In this document: positions 19,188 through 29,826 of the stretch, in pieces
Position numbering within the stretch: the first letter of the stretch is position 1
How the letters are laid out: the number at the start of each line of letters is the position of its first letter
DNA from: an uncultured Clostridia bacterium
Lineage (GTDB): Bacteria > Bacillota > Clostridia > TANB77 > CAG-508
Length of the DNA stretch: 64,000 nucleotides
Direction: 5' to 3'
Assembly (NCBI GenBank): GCA_934141605.1
Contig: CAKPCL010000003.1
Span: 6,851-70,850, forward strand
The notes under the pieces: generated by a model
What the model was told of the DNA's origin: nothing
Database searches by the model: none
Seen by the model: the letters and a program-made list of their open reading frames with translations, nothing else
Made by a program: the position numbers and the translations under genes

Positions 19188-21779
19188 TTAATCAACTGTT
19201 TCATCTACAATATCATTTTTGCCTGATGAAGTATTAGTTGTATTATTTGTTACATTGTTTGTACTATTGCTAACTGTATTGTTTTTATTAATTGTATTAT
19301 TTTTTGAATCTGTTGTTGTATTGCTATTTGTAGTATTATTTGTTATTGTATTATCTTTAGGTTTTTCTTCTGGCTTTTTATGAACAGTACATACTTCTTT
19401 TACTTCTTCATTTGAAACTTGTGTTGGACTTAATGTTTTCCATAGTCCTAATTGTTCTTTTGGTATTGTTCCACCATAAGTTACTTCTTTAACACTGTCT
19501 TTAGGACAATATTCATTTGCTACTTTTCCAGATACTTCACATATTTTTTGTGTTCCATGTCCTTCACATTTGCTTGGTAAGTTATCTGTTGTGAATGTCT
19601 CTGTATATGTATCTGTACAAGAATCTGTTGCTAAGCAACCTGTAACTCTACATACTTTAGTTTGTGTTAATCCTGATGTTGGTTTGTTAAATGTTTTGTT
19701 TGGCAAATCTTTATGAATATCTTTCATAATTGATGCCCATAATTGTCCTGCTGGGTTTCTTCCATCTACACTATATACTGTTCCATTTTTGTATGTTAAT
19801 GTTTCAGGTGTATCAAATCCCCACCAACATGCTGCAGTATAATATGGTGTCATTCCACATAACCATCTATCTTTGTATTTATCTGTTGAACCTGTTTTTG
19901 CACAAGTATCTATTCCTGTTATTTTACAGAATGTTGCTGTTCCTCCACTAGTTGTTGGTTCCATTGTAATTGATCTTGTTAAATAAGCATTTTGCTCTGA
20001 AATTACTTTTGTTTTTTCTTGTTTTGGTGTTAATACAGTATTTCCTTCACTATCTACGACTTTTGTGTAGAATGTTGGTGTAGTATATACTCCGTCATTT
20101 GCTATCATTGCATATGCTCCAGCCATTTCTAATGTTGTTATACCTTTGCTTAATCCTCCTATTGCTAAAGCTGGGTTATTGTCTTCTTCAGTTAATGTTG
20201 TTATTCCCATTTTCTTTAGATATTCTATTGATTTTTTAGGTGTTAGTTCCATCATAATTTTAACCATTGGTATATTTTGTGAAACTTTTATACATTGTCT
20301 AATGTTCATAAGCCCTTGATATTTTGTAGTCCAATCATTAGGTTTATAATCTGTTCCAAAGAGTGTTGATTTATCATCATATACTGTTGCGGCTGTTATT
20401 ATTTTTTCTTGTAATCCTGGTGCAATGTCAGCTATTGGTTTCATAGATGAACCTGTTTGTCTTGGTGAAGCTGTTGCTCTGTTTAATCCTGTTGCTAAAT
20501 TATTACCTAGTTCTCCTCCTAATGCTACAACCTGTGTTGTTGCATTATCAATTATAACAATTGCTGCTTGTGTATGTTCATTTTTTAATTTTCCAGTTTT
20601 ATCATCTATTTCTCTACCAGATATTTGATATTTAGTTTTTGCAAATTCTTCTTCAACTCTTGCTTGAATTGTTGAATCTTGTGTTGAATATATTGTTAAT
20701 CCACTACCATAAACATAGTTTTTAGCAAATTCATGGCTAACGCCTTTTTCTTCCATAACTTGTTGTAGAACTTGTTCTATTGCTTCTTTTGTATGATATG
20801 AATATTGATACTCTCCTCCTGTATTTCCTTTTTGGAATTTTAGTCCTTCTTCTACTTTTGCAACTGCTGTATTATATTCTTCATCATTTTCAATTAATCC
20901 TTGGTTTTTCATTTCTGATAAAACAGTTAGAGTTCTGTTTTTTATCAGTTTTGCTACTTTTTCTTGGTCTGCATCTTCATTATATGGATTATACGCATTT
21001 GGCATATTATTAATTCCGGCTAAAAATGCGCATTCTGCTAAATCTAAGTCTTTTGCACTTTTATTGAAATAATATATTGAGCCTAATTCTACACCATGTA
21101 ATTCAGGTCCGCCAACATAAATTATGTTTAGATATAGTTCCAAAATTTGGTCTTTGGATATCATTCTTTCTATTTGAACGGCTTTTACCCATTCTTTTAA
21201 TTTTCTTGTTACACCAGCAAGTCCTGATCTTTCTTTATCATTAGTTATGTTTTTTACTAATTGTTGTGTTATTGAACTTCCACCATATGATGAATTTCCT
21301 GTAACAACTCCTAATATAGCTCCTGCTGTTCTTTGTATATCCACACCACTATGTGAATAAAATCTTTTATCCTCTATTGCAATATATGCCTTAGGCAAAT
21401 ATTCTGGCATTTCACTTAAAGAAATTGTTTTTCTTTGTTCTTTTAGGTTTAAGCTTGCTATTTCATTGCCTTGTGAATCTACTACAATAGTATTTGATGA
21501 ACCTGCTGTAAGTTCGTCTTTAGTTATCTCGAATTCATCTCCAAATAGTCCGAAAAACATTGCTGCTATTATTCCTGCTCCTACAACGCATAATAGTAAA
21601 AATATTATCAATAATATTTTTAAGAACATTTTAAATTTTGGATTCATTTTTCTTTTTCTATTATTTGTTTCTTTGTTTTTCTTATTTTTCTTATTCTTTT
21701 TATTTGTTGTTTCTTTATTTTCTGCTATGTTTGTTTCTTTCTTTTTTGTTTTCTTTGAATGTTTACTACTATCTGGCAT
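19188..21779 (-). CDS. Class A penicillin-binding protein (transglycosylase + transpeptidase) with Lys-rich N-terminus, Cys-rich C-terminal region and Asn/Thr-rich tail
   Basis: 863 aa. IAIEDKRFYSHSGVD and GGSSITQQLVKN (GT51); SSMKP and KTGST (transpeptidase). Confidence 0.85.
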   Translation of the reverse strand: MPDSSKHSKKTKKKETNIAENKETTNKKNKKNKKNKETNNRKRKMNPKFKMFLKILLIIFLLLCVVGAGIIAAMFFGLFGDEFEITKDELTAGSSNTIVVDSQGNEIASLNLKEQRKTISLSEMPEYLPKAYIAIEDKRFYSHSGVDIQRTAGAILGVVTGNSSYGGSSITQQLVKNITNDKERSGLAGVTRKLKEWVKAVQIERMISKDQILELYLNIIYVGGPELHGVELGSIYYFNKSAKDLDLAECAFLAGINNMPNAYNPYNEDADQEKVAKLIKNRTLTVLSEMKNQGLIENDEEYNTAVAKVEEGLKFQKGNTGGEYQYSYHTKEAIEQVLQQVMEEKGVSHEFAKNYVYGSGLTIYSTQDSTIQARVEEEFAKTKYQISGREIDDKTGKLKNEHTQAAIVIIDNATTQVVALGGELGNNLATGLNRATASPRQTGSSMKPIADIAPGLQEKIITAATVYDDKSTLFGTDYKPNDWTTKYQGLMNIRQCIKVSQNIPMVKIMMELTPKKSIEYLKKMGITTLTEEDNNPALAIGGLSKGITTLEMAGAYAMIANDGVYTTPTFYTKVVDSEGNTVLTPKQEKTKVISEQNAYLTRSITMEPTTSGGTATFCKITGIDTCAKTGSTDKYKDRWLCGMTPYYTAACWWGFDTPETLTYKNGTVYSVDGRNPAGQLWASIMKDIHKDLPNKTFNKPTSGLTQTKVCRVTGCLATDSCTDTYTETFTTDNLPSKCEGHGTQKICEVSGKVANEYCPKDSVKEVTYGGTIPKEQLGLWKTLSPTQVSNEEVKEVCTVHKKPEEKPKDNTITNNTTNSNTTTDSKNNTINKNNTVSNSTNNVTNNTTNTSSGKNDIVDETVD

Positions 21780-21867
21780 TTTTGTACCTCCTAATCTATC
21801 TTTTGATTTAACATACTTATTATATTATATTTTTTATAAAAATAAAAGACTTTAAGGAAATTTTTTA

Positions 21868-22707
21868 TTATAATTCTCCATTATTTAAAATTAATTTCTT
21901 TATAGTTACTTTATCAGTTTTCATCTTATTTTTTATTTCACATATTCTTTGCTTTTTATATAACTCTGCCTCATACAAATCTTTTAAATAAAAGTTATTA
22001 TTACATATGCTAATATTTTTTATATCATCTCTAAAATCTATTTCATAATCGTTTATATTTAAGCCATTAAATCTTTTTTTATTGATTTTTATGTTTTCTT
22101 TTATATTAACAATTATTGCTTCGTCTTGAATATTATATTTATTAATTAATTCTTTTGGAAAATCAATATTTAAAATAATTTGAGATTTCATAAGGCTTTT
22201 CTTTTTATTGTTTGTTATTGTTATTATAATGCCTTCATTTTCTTGCAATTGTTTTTCCAAATTTTTAAATTTTTCAATATGATTTGTTACTATATTTATT
22301 GTTTTAAATTTTCTAGATAAGATTTTTATATTTTCAATTTCTATGTCGGTCAAATCGTTTATCATTATTGATATGTTTGCTTTTTCTATCTTTTTCTTGT
22401 TTATAATATATTCTGTAATTTCAGGTAATAAAATTTCAAATAGCCACTTTCCATCTTGAATTTCTAATCCATATGTATTTAAATAATTTATATATTTTTT
22501 CTCTTTATACATTTGTTTACTTAAAACTATTTTCTTACTGTTAGAGTTTTTCATAATTATTTTTTTAGTTTTTATTGCCAATTTTTCTATTTGTTTTTCA
22601 TTTATATCTTGATAAATTGGTAATCTCAAAGTACTATCATTTATTTTTATTATACAAAATCTTTTTTCTATCCAGCTAGGCTTGTCATTTTTTTCTATAC
22701 AAAACAT
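21868..22707 (-). CDS. Hypothetical protein (279 aa)
   Basis: Long ORF in operon position between truB and the PBP gene. Lys/Ile/Asn-rich. No family recognised. Confidence 0.5.
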   Translation of the reverse strand: MFCIEKNDKPSWIEKRFCIIKINDSTLRLPIYQDINEKQIEKLAIKTKKIIMKNSNSKKIVLSKQMYKEKKYINYLNTYGLEIQDGKWLFEILLPEITEYIINKKKIEKANISIMINDLTDIEIENIKILSRKFKTINIVTNHIEKFKNLEKQLQENEGIIITITNNKKKSLMKSQIILNIDFPKELINKYNIQDEAIIVNIKENIKINKKRFNGLNINDYEIDFRDDIKNISICNNNFYLKDLYEAELYKKQRICEIKNKMKTDKVTIKKLILNNGEL

Positions 22708-22772
22708 AATTAAAACACCTCATATCTTTTTTATTTAAGTATATGAAGTGTTTTTTCATTTATGTTTATTTT

Positions 22773-23648
22773 TTATAAAACTATATCTCTCTTTAAAAGT
22801 TGATTTTCTATAATGCCAATACCAATAAAGCTACTGTTTTTATTGTAAATTTTATATATGTCGTCTGGATATTTTTGTGTCAATTTAACACCATTTAAAA
22901 ACAATTGTAATTTTTTTTCATCTAATTCAATGCTATTTTTTTCTTCAAATATTTTCTCTACTGATATAATTTTATTGTTTATAAATTGATTGTCATTTAT
23001 ATTTTTTTCTAAGTCTGCTACTGTTATGCTATCCTCTATTTTAAAATCTCCAACTTGAATTCTTTTTAAGTTTTTCATATAACCTACTGTTTCAAATTTT
23101 TTTGATATATCTTCACATAGACTTCTTATATATGTTCCTTTTCCGCAATAAACTTCAAATTCAATAGTTTTTTCTTGTATTGAATATTTAATTAGTTTTA
23201 TATCGTAAATTTCTATTTTCCTTGGTTTTACTTCAACTTCTTGCCCTTTTCTTGCATATTCATATAATTTTTTTCCATTTACTTTTATTGCAGAGTAAAT
23301 TGGTGGTATCTGTTCTTGTTTTCCAATAAAAGATTTTAAAATATTTTCAATGTTTTCTTTGTTTAATAATTTTGCATTTACCTGTTGTTCTTCTATAATT
23401 TTTCCTTCTAAATCTGCAGTGTCTGTTTTTGTTCCTAATTGAAGATTAACTATGTATTTTTTATTATGATTTATCAAATATTTTGACAAAAGTGTTCCTT
23501 TTCCTATTAGAATTGGTAATACTCCTTCTGCCATTGGGTCTAATGTTCCAGTATGTCCGACTTTTTCATTAAATATTTTTTTTATCTTATAAACAACATC
23601 ATGTGAAGTGCAACCTTTAGGTTTGTTTACAATTATTATTCCATTCAT
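22773..23648 (-). CDS. truB: tRNA pseudouridine(55) synthase
   Basis: 291 aa. GIIIVNKPKGCTSHDVV and GHTGTLDPMAEGVLPI motifs. Confidence 0.9.
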   Translation of the reverse strand: MNGIIIVNKPKGCTSHDVVYKIKKIFNEKVGHTGTLDPMAEGVLPILIGKGTLLSKYLINHNKKYIVNLQLGTKTDTADLEGKIIEEQQVNAKLLNKENIENILKSFIGKQEQIPPIYSAIKVNGKKLYEYARKGQEVEVKPRKIEIYDIKLIKYSIQEKTIEFEVYCGKGTYIRSLCEDISKKFETVGYMKNLKRIQVGDFKIEDSITVADLEKNINDNQFINNKIISVEKIFEEKNSIELDEKKLQLFLNGVKLTQKYPDDIYKIYNKNSSFIGIGIIENQLLKRDIVL

Positions 23649-23674
23649 ACTTTTGCCTTTCCCGAGATTAAAGT

Positions 23675-24631
23675 TTATTTTAAAACTTTTCTTAATTCAT
23701 TTATAATTTTTTGTTTTACTGTTTCAATATCTCCTTGAATTACAGCACCAGCAGCCTTTTCATGTCCGCCACCGCCAAACATCAAACACACATCTGAAAC
23801 ATTAACATAATCATTAGAACGCATTGATATTTTATATGAATTTATATCATCATCTTTTTGTCTAATAAACACTGAAACCTCAACACCTTCCACATCTCTG
23901 CCTACTTCTACTAATCCTTCATGGTCACCTATTCCAGCATTTACTTCTTCTAAATCTTTATTTGTTATATATGTAAATGTAACTTTTCCATCTTCTAAAA
24001 ATTCCATCCTGTCTATTATTCTTTTCATTAACTCAAAATTAGCTTTTGTCCTTGTATCTAAAACTCTTTTATATATGTCTGATACATTAACTCCTTTTTG
24101 TAACAAATCTGCCGTAAATTCGAAAGTTTCAGGTGTGACTCCTGAATACCTAAATCCACCTGTATCTGTTATTATTCCAGTTAATATACATGTACCTAGT
24201 TCTTTGTCTATGTTTATATTAAAATATTGGAACATACCTATTAAAATTTGACAACACGCAGGCGCTACTGGATTAACAAAATTAATATCCCCATACATTT
24301 TATTGCTTCCATGATGGTCAATTACTATCGTTTGTTTTGCTCTTTCAAAATATTCATTTCCTACCAATCTTTTGAAGTCTGCACAATCTAAACTTATAGC
24401 TAAATCATATTTTTCTATATCTGAATCCATTTTTATTTCTTCTCTACCTGGTAAGAAATCAAATATTTGTGGTACTTCTCTTATTATTACATCAGCATTT
24501 TTTCCTAATTGTTTTAATGCTAATTTCATAGCTAAACAACTTCCAATTGCATCTCCATCTGGTGTTTCATGTGCCATTATTGCGATTGTTTCAGCTTTTT
24601 TTATTTCTTCTAATATATTATCTAAAGTCAT
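23675..24631 (-). CDS. nrnA: DHH/DHHA1 phosphoesterase (bifunctional oligoribonuclease / pAp phosphatase NrnA-like)
   Basis: HETPDGDAIGS, VIDHH and GGGGHEKAAG motifs. Start placed at MTLDN (GAGAGG RBS). The ORF-track ATG at 24655 lies inside a repeat and has no RBS. Confidence 0.8.
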   Translation of the reverse strand: MTLDNILEEIKKAETIAIMAHETPDGDAIGSCLAMKLALKQLGKNADVIIREVPQIFDFLPGREEIKMDSDIEKYDLAISLDCADFKRLVGNEYFERAKQTIVIDHHGSNKMYGDINFVNPVAPACCQILIGMFQYFNINIDKELGTCILTGIITDTGGFRYSGVTPETFEFTADLLQKGVNVSDIYKRVLDTRTKANFELMKRIIDRMEFLEDGKVTFTYITNKDLEEVNAGIGDHEGLVEVGRDVEGVEVSVFIRQKDDDINSYKISMRSNDYVNVSDVCLMFGGGGHEKAAGAVIQGDIETVKQKIINELRKVLK

Positions 24632-24648
24632 TTTTTCTAACCTCTCTT

Positions 24649-24763
24649 GAGACATTTGGGACAGTCCAAATTTGTCTCATTTATTTGTCATTTTTTATCA
24701 TTTTTTGGTATTTTTTTGTTTTTTGTCATATATGAGACACTTTTGTCTGTCCCAAGTGTCTCA
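24649..24763. repeat. Two diverged palindromic units (GAGACA/TGTCTC arms, GGGACAG core) flanking a T-rich spacer
   Basis: gagacatttgggacagtccaaatttgtctc (24649..24678) and tgagacacttttgtctgtcccaagtgtctca (24733..24763). Between rbfA and nrnA. Confidence 0.7.
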
Positions 24764-25117
24764 TTTGTTTGGCATTATTTCTTTTAATATTGAATCTATT
24801 TTTGCTCCATATTCCATTGTATCATCTATTTCAAATACTAATTCTGGTGTGTTTCTTAAATTGATTCTTTTTGCTAATTCTGTTCTTATAAATCCTGATG
24901 ATTTTTTAAGTCCTTCCATTGTATCTTTGATATTTTTTGAATTAAAAATACTTACATATACTTTTGCATATTTTAAGTCTGGTGTTACTTTTACTTTTGT
25001 AACACTTATCATTCCTGTAATGCTTGAATTTTTTAATTCAAATCCTATAATTTGGCTTAATTCTTTTCTGTATTCTTCGTCAATGCGTCCCATTCTGTTA
25101 TTATTTTTATTAGGCAT
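24761..25117 (-). CDS. rbfA: Ribosome-binding factor A
   Basis: RMGRIDEEYRKELSQII...ITGMISVTKVKVTPDLKYAKVYVS. Start moved to MPNK (AGGAGG 7 nt upstream). Confidence 0.85.
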   Translation of the reverse strand: MPNKNNNRMGRIDEEYRKELSQIIGFELKNSSITGMISVTKVKVTPDLKYAKVYVSIFNSKNIKDTMEGLKKSSGFIRTELAKRINLRNTPELVFEIDDTMEYGAKIDSILKEIMPNK

Positions 25118-25146
25118 TTTTCTACCTCCTGTTTTGACTTTTAAAA

Positions 25147-25197
25147 TGTCCAATCAGAACCGTCCCATTTGGACATTAGATCTGTCCCAATTGGACA
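25147..25197 (-). repeat. Dispersed palindromic element (full unit plus half unit B)
   Basis: tgtccaatcagaaccgtcccatttggaca-tt-agatctgtcccaattggaca. Between the infB stop and the rbfA start. Confidence 0.9.
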
Positions 25198-25208
25198 TTT
25201 ATTTTATT

Positions 25209-28094
25209 CTATCTTTTTATTTCTTCCATAATATAAGCTTCAATAATATCTCCTTCTTTAATATCATTGTAGTTTTCAATTTGGATACCACATTCAAATC
25301 CTTTTGATACTTCTTTAGCATCATCTTTGAATCTCTTTAATGTTGCAAGTTTTCCTTCATGAATTACGATATTATCTCTTATGATTCTAACTCCTGCATT
25401 TCTTTCAACTTTTCCTGTTAGTACATAAGCTCCTGCAATTGTTCCAACATTTGATATTCTAAATGTTTGTCTTACTTCTGCATTTCCTATTACTTTTTCT
25501 TCATATTTTGGTGCTAACATACCCTTCATGGCAGCTTCAACTTCTTCTATTGCTTGGTAAATTATAGAATATTGTTTAATTTGTACTTCTTCTTTTTCTG
25601 CCATTTCTTTTGCTGCTGGTATTGGTCTAACATTAAATGCTATTATTATTGCATTTGATACTTTTGCAAGTGTTACGTCTGATTCATTTACTGCTCCTGG
25701 TGCTGCATGTATAACTTTTACTTTTACTTCCTCATTTTGTAATTTTTCCATTGATTGTTTTACAGCTTCAACAGAACCTTGAACATCTGCTTTTACTATT
25801 AAATTCAAATGTTTTAAGTTTCCTTCTTCCATTTGGCTAAATAGATTGTCTAATGTAACTTTTGTTCCTGAGTTTATTGTTTTTTCTCTAGCTTCATGTT
25901 TTCTTTTCTCTATTAAATGTTTTGCTGTTTTTTCATCTTTTACTTCATAGAATGTATCTCCCGCTTCTGGTACTTCTGTTAATCCCATTATTTCTACTGG
26001 TGTTGATGGTCCTGCTGATTTTACTTTTTTACCATTTTCGTTTGTCATTGCTCTTATTCTACCAATTGATGAACCAACAATTATTGTGTCTCCAACATCT
26101 AATGTTCCTCTTTGTACAAGCATTGTTGCTATTGCACCTTTATTTTTATCTAGTCTTGCTTCAATAACAACACCTTTTGATTGTTTATGTGGATTTGATT
26201 TTAGTTCTAATACATCTGCTTCTAATAACACCATTTCTAGTAATTGGTCTATATTGATATTGTTTTTAGCTGAAATTGGAACACATATTGTGTCTCCTCC
26301 CCACTCTTCTGGTACTAATTCGTATGTCATTAATTCTTGTTTTACTTTATCAACATTTGCATCTGGTAAATCAATTTTATTTATAGCAACTATTATTGGT
26401 ATTCCTGCTGATTTAGCATGGTTTATAGCTTCTACTGTTTGTGGCATAATACCGTCATTGGCTGCTACTACCAATATTGCAATATCTGTTATTTGTGCTC
26501 CTCTAGCTCTCATTGCTGTAAATGCCTCATGTCCTGGTGTATCTAAAAATGTTATTTCTCTATCATTTACTTTAACTTTATATGCACCTATTGCTTGTGT
26601 AATTCCTCCTGCTTCTCCTCCGATTACATTTGTTTTTCTTATTGTATCAAGTAAAGATGTTTTTCCGTGGTCAACATGCCCCATTACAACAACTACTGGT
26701 GGTCTTGTTTCTAATTCTTCTTCTTTGTCTTCAGAATCATCAAATAAGATATCTTCATCAGTTACTGTTTGTTTCTTTTTAGCTGTAATTCCAAATTCTC
26801 CTGCAACTAAAAATGCTGTATCGAAATCTATTTCTTGGTTTATAGTTGCCATTATTCCATATCCTAATAATTTTTTTATAACATCTACTGTTGTCTTTTT
26901 CATTTCTGCTGCTAAATCTTTTACTGTTATTGAATCTGGAATTTCTATTTCTGTTAATTCGAAGATTTTTTGTTTATTTCTTTCTTCGTCTCTAGATTTC
27001 TTTTTGCCTTTTCTTCCTCTTTGTGTTGTTAAATCATAGTAGTCTAACATGCCACCGTCTTGTTCTTCAAACATGTTAGATAATTTATTGGCTTGTTTTA
27101 ATGTTTTTAATTTTCCTTCATCAAATCCATTATCACTTCTTCTTGATTTACTTTTCTTATTTTTATTTTCTTCAAATTTGTTGTTAGCTTTTTGTTTATC
27201 TATATTTTTGCTATAATCTCTTACAACTTCTTTTTCTACTGTTTCTACAGTCATTATATTTTTAATATTTTTTTCTATTCCTTTTTCATCTAATGGTTTT
27301 CTGTTATTAAATCTATTTGTGTTATTACCATTATAATTATTATTTCCATTGTAGTTATTTCTACCATTAAAATTATTGTTTTTCTTGAAGTTATTATTTG
27401 TATTATTTCCAAAATTATTGTTTCTATTATTATTTCTATTGTCATTGTTTCTGCTATCATAGTTTCTGCTATCATTGTTTCTGTTATTGAAGTTGTTTGG
27501 TCTATTTGTGTTTCTGTTTTGATTATTAAATTTATTATCGTTTTCTATTCTTTTATTATTAAATTGTTTTTCAGCTACTACTGTTGTTTCTTTTTGCATT
27601 TTTGTATTGATATCCCCTTGTTCTCTTTTTTCTTCTTTTATTTCTTCTTTTCTTACAGGTTCTTCTTTTGGTTCTTGTTTGTTTAGACCAAATAATTCAT
27701 TAACTGTTTTTGGTTTGTTTGGTTTATTTCTATATACCAAATTAAAATCCTTGTTTTGTTTTCTCTCTACAAAACCTATATTATTGTTTCTATTTTCATG
27801 TTTTTTCTCTTCATGCTTTTTATTATTTTCTTCATCTGTTATTATTACTTCTCTTCTTATAATAACTGGTGCTTTTTCTTCTTTTTTAGGTGCATTTGTA
27901 GCTTGTTTTGTTGGTTGCTCTTGTTTTTTATTTTTTGTTAAGTTATTTTCTATTTTTTTTGCTTCTTCTTCAGTTACACTGCTCATATGACTTTTTACAT
28001 CTATATTTAATTTTTGTGCCATCTCTAATATTTCTTTACTGGTTAAGTTTAGCTTTTTTGCTATTTCATATAATTTTATCTTACCCAATAACAT
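25209..28094 (-). CDS. infB: Translation initiation factor IF-2 with a long Asn/Lys-rich low-complexity N-terminal insert
   Basis: [21 protein letters not shown]-terminus and [18 protein letters not shown]-domain. The exact start is ambiguous (ATG 28094 or TTG 28088; the ORF-track ATG 28130 overlaps ylxQ). Confidence 0.9.
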   Translation of the reverse strand: MLLGKIKLYEIAKKLNLTSKEILEMAQKLNIDVKSHMSSVTEEEAKKIENNLTKNKKQEQPTKQATNAPKKEEKAPVIIRREVIITDEENNKKHEEKKHENRNNNIGFVERKQNKDFNLVYRNKPNKPKTVNELFGLNKQEPKEEPVRKEEIKEEKREQGDINTKMQKETTVVAEKQFNNKRIENDNKFNNQNRNTNRPNNFNNRNNDSRNYDSRNNDNRNNNRNNNFGNNTNNNFKKNNNFNGRNNYNGNNNYNGNNTNRFNNRKPLDEKGIEKNIKNIMTVETVEKEVVRDYSKNIDKQKANNKFEENKNKKSKSRRSDNGFDEGKLKTLKQANKLSNMFEEQDGGMLDYYDLTTQRGRKGKKKSRDEERNKQKIFELTEIEIPDSITVKDLAAEMKKTTVDVIKKLLGYGIMATINQEIDFDTAFLVAGEFGITAKKKQTVTDEDILFDDSEDKEEELETRPPVVVVMGHVDHGKTSLLDTIRKTNVIGGEAGGITQAIGAYKVKVNDREITFLDTPGHEAFTAMRARGAQITDIAILVVAANDGIMPQTVEAINHAKSAGIPIIVAINKIDLPDANVDKVKQELMTYELVPEEWGGDTICVPISAKNNINIDQLLEMVLLEADVLELKSNPHKQSKGVVIEARLDKNKGAIATMLVQRGTLDVGDTIIVGSSIGRIRAMTNENGKKVKSAGPSTPVEIMGLTEVPEAGDTFYEVKDEKTAKHLIEKRKHEAREKTINSGTKVTLDNLFSQMEEGNLKHLNLIVKADVQGSVEAVKQSMEKLQNEEVKVKVIHAAPGAVNESDVTLAKVSNAIIIAFNVRPIPAAKEMAEKEEVQIKQYSIIYQAIEEVEAAMKGMLAPKYEEKVIGNAEVRQTFRISNVGTIAGAYVLTGKVERNAGVRIIRDNIVIHEGKLATLKRFKDDAKEVSKGFECGIQIENYNDIKEGDIIEAYIMEEIKR

Positions 28095-28398
28095 CACCCC
28101 CATTATACTTTTTTTGTATCGCATCTGCAAAGTTTGCGTCTTTTATTCCTATTATAGCTTTATTGCTTTTTCCAATAGTTTTACTTAATTCTTCAATGTT
28201 TCCATCTATAATTACTGGTATATTACTTTTTTCAGATAATTTTAAAAATTTATTTTTTGTTCTTTCAGAACTATCTGTTGCTAAAATTAATAGTTTTATT
28301 TTATTTTTAGCAACATTTTCTTCAACACTATCTGCTCCAAAACATACTTTTCCGGCTTTCATAGCTAATCCAATCAATCCTAATATATTATTTATCAA
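28081..28398 (-). CDS. ylxQ: L7Ae-family RNA-binding protein YlxQ
   Basis: 105 aa. [24 protein letters not shown]. Conserved position between ylxR and infB. Confidence 0.8.
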   Translation of the reverse strand: MINNILGLIGLAMKAGKVCFGADSVEENVAKNKIKLLILATDSSERTKNKFLKLSEKSNIPVIIDGNIEELSKTIGKSNKAIIGIKDANFADAIQKKYNGGDVIG

Positions 28399-28648
28399 GA
28401 ATTACACCTCTTAAACTTTCATAAATTTCTTCTGTTATTTGCATTTCAAATATTTTTTCTAGTCTTTTACTTTTAATTACTTTTTCTAAACAGCTTTCAT
28501 TATCACATATGTATGCTCCGCGTCCTTCTTTTTTTCCTGTTCTGTCTATTGATATCTCATTATCTTTGCTTTTTACTATTCTTATTAAGTCTTTTTTGTC
28601 TTTTTTTTCATTGCAACCCATACATGTTCTTTGTGGTTGTTTTTTCAT
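28388..28648 (-). CDS. ylxR: YlxR/RnpM (DUF448) RNA-binding protein
   Basis: 86 aa. RTCMGCNEKKDKKDLIRIV...GRGAYIC. Confidence 0.85.
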   Translation of the reverse strand: MKKQPQRTCMGCNEKKDKKDLIRIVKSKDNEISIDRTGKKEGRGAYICDNESCLEKVIKSKRLEKIFEMQITEEIYESLRGVILDK

Positions 28649-28660
28649 AATATATCCCTT

Positions 28661-29746
28661 CTATTCTTCCACATTTTCTTGTTTTTGAGCTAAAATTTCT
28701 CTAAATTGTGATTCTGATTTTATATCTATTTTCCAATTTGTAAGTTTTGCTGCTAATCTAGCATTTTGTCCTGCTTTTCCTATGGCTAATGATAATTGGT
28801 CATCTGGAACTATAACTTCCGCAAATTTTTCATCTTCTTTTATATCAACAGCTAAAATTTGTGCTGGTAATAATGCTGATGCTATATATATACTTGGGTC
28901 TGCGTCCCATTCTATTACATCTATTTTTTCACCATTTAGCTCATTTATAACATTTTGAATTCTTACACCTTTTGCTCCAACACAAGAACCAACTGGGTCT
29001 ATATTAGGGTCTGGTGAATATACTGCAACTTTACTTCTTGATCCAGCATCTCTTGATACACTTTTTATTTCTATTAATCCTTCATATATTTCTGGTATTT
29101 CAAATTCTAACAATTTTCTAACAAAATCAGGATGACTTCTAGAAATCATTACTTGTGGCGCTCCCTTTAGTCCTCTTTCAACATCTACAATATATGCTTT
29201 TATTTTATCATTTACTCTGTATTTTTCAGTTGGAACTTGTTCTTTAGAAAGCATTATTCCTTCTATTCTTCCCAAGTCAACAACAACTATATTTTTATCA
29301 GCTTTTTGAATAATACCTGAAACAATTTCACCTTTTCTTTGGCTATATTCATCAAATATTAAATCTCTTTCAACTTCTCTTAATTTTTGAACAATTACTT
29401 GTTTTGCAGTTTGTGCTGCAATTCTTCCAAAGTCTTTAGGTACTATTTCAACTTCTACTGTATCACCTAATTTTAAATCTTTATTTATTTTATGTGCATC
29501 ATCTAAATTTATTTCTGTAACTTCATCATTTGCATTTTCAACAATATCTTTTATTGAATACACATGTGTTGCACCTGTTTTATGGTCTATATCAACTTTT
29601 ACATTTTCTAACGCATCAAAATTTCTTTTATATGCTGTAACAAGTGCTGTTTCTATTGATTCTAGTACATATTCCTTTTTTATACCTTTTTCTTTTTCTA
29701 ATTCCTCCAATGCTAATATTAATTCTTTGTTATCAATTGCTTTCAT
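28661..29746 (-). CDS. nusA: Transcription termination/antitermination factor NusA
   Basis: S1 and KH domains (GEIVSGIIQK..., DPVGSCVGAKGVRIQNV, LAIGKAGQNARLA). Start at MKAIDNKEL (GAGGAGG RBS). The upstream 29 codons of the ORF track are repeat-encoded. Confidence 0.9.
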   Translation of the reverse strand: MKAIDNKELILALEELEKEKGIKKEYVLESIETALVTAYKRNFDALENVKVDIDHKTGATHVYSIKDIVENANDEVTEINLDDAHKINKDLKLGDTVEVEIVPKDFGRIAAQTAKQVIVQKLREVERDLIFDEYSQRKGEIVSGIIQKADKNIVVVDLGRIEGIMLSKEQVPTEKYRVNDKIKAYIVDVERGLKGAPQVMISRSHPDFVRKLLEFEIPEIYEGLIEIKSVSRDAGSRSKVAVYSPDPNIDPVGSCVGAKGVRIQNVINELNGEKIDVIEWDADPSIYIASALLPAQILAVDIKEDEKFAEVIVPDDQLSLAIGKAGQNARLAAKLTNWKIDIKSESQFREILAQKQENVEE

Positions 29747-29773
29747 TTTTTTATTCCTCCTCTTTTTATCCAA

Positions 29774-29826
29774 AAGATCTGTCCCTTTTGGACAAAATGT
29801 CCAAATAGAACCGTCCCGTTTGGACA
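29774..29826 (-). repeat. Dispersed palindromic element (half unit B plus full unit)
   Basis: aagatctgtcccttttggaca-aaa-tgtccaaatagaaccgtcccgtttggaca. Between the rimP stop and the nusA start. Confidence 0.9.

Noticed and set aside
24672-25307. 211-aa plus-strand ORF spanning the rbfA region
   Set aside because: Antisense to rbfA and the infB 3' end, and it runs through the repeat elements. Phe/Leu/Ser low complexity.
26086-27039. 317-aa plus-strand ORF
   Set aside because: Antisense to the conserved G-domain of infB. Ser/Ile/Ala-rich nonsense with no start context.
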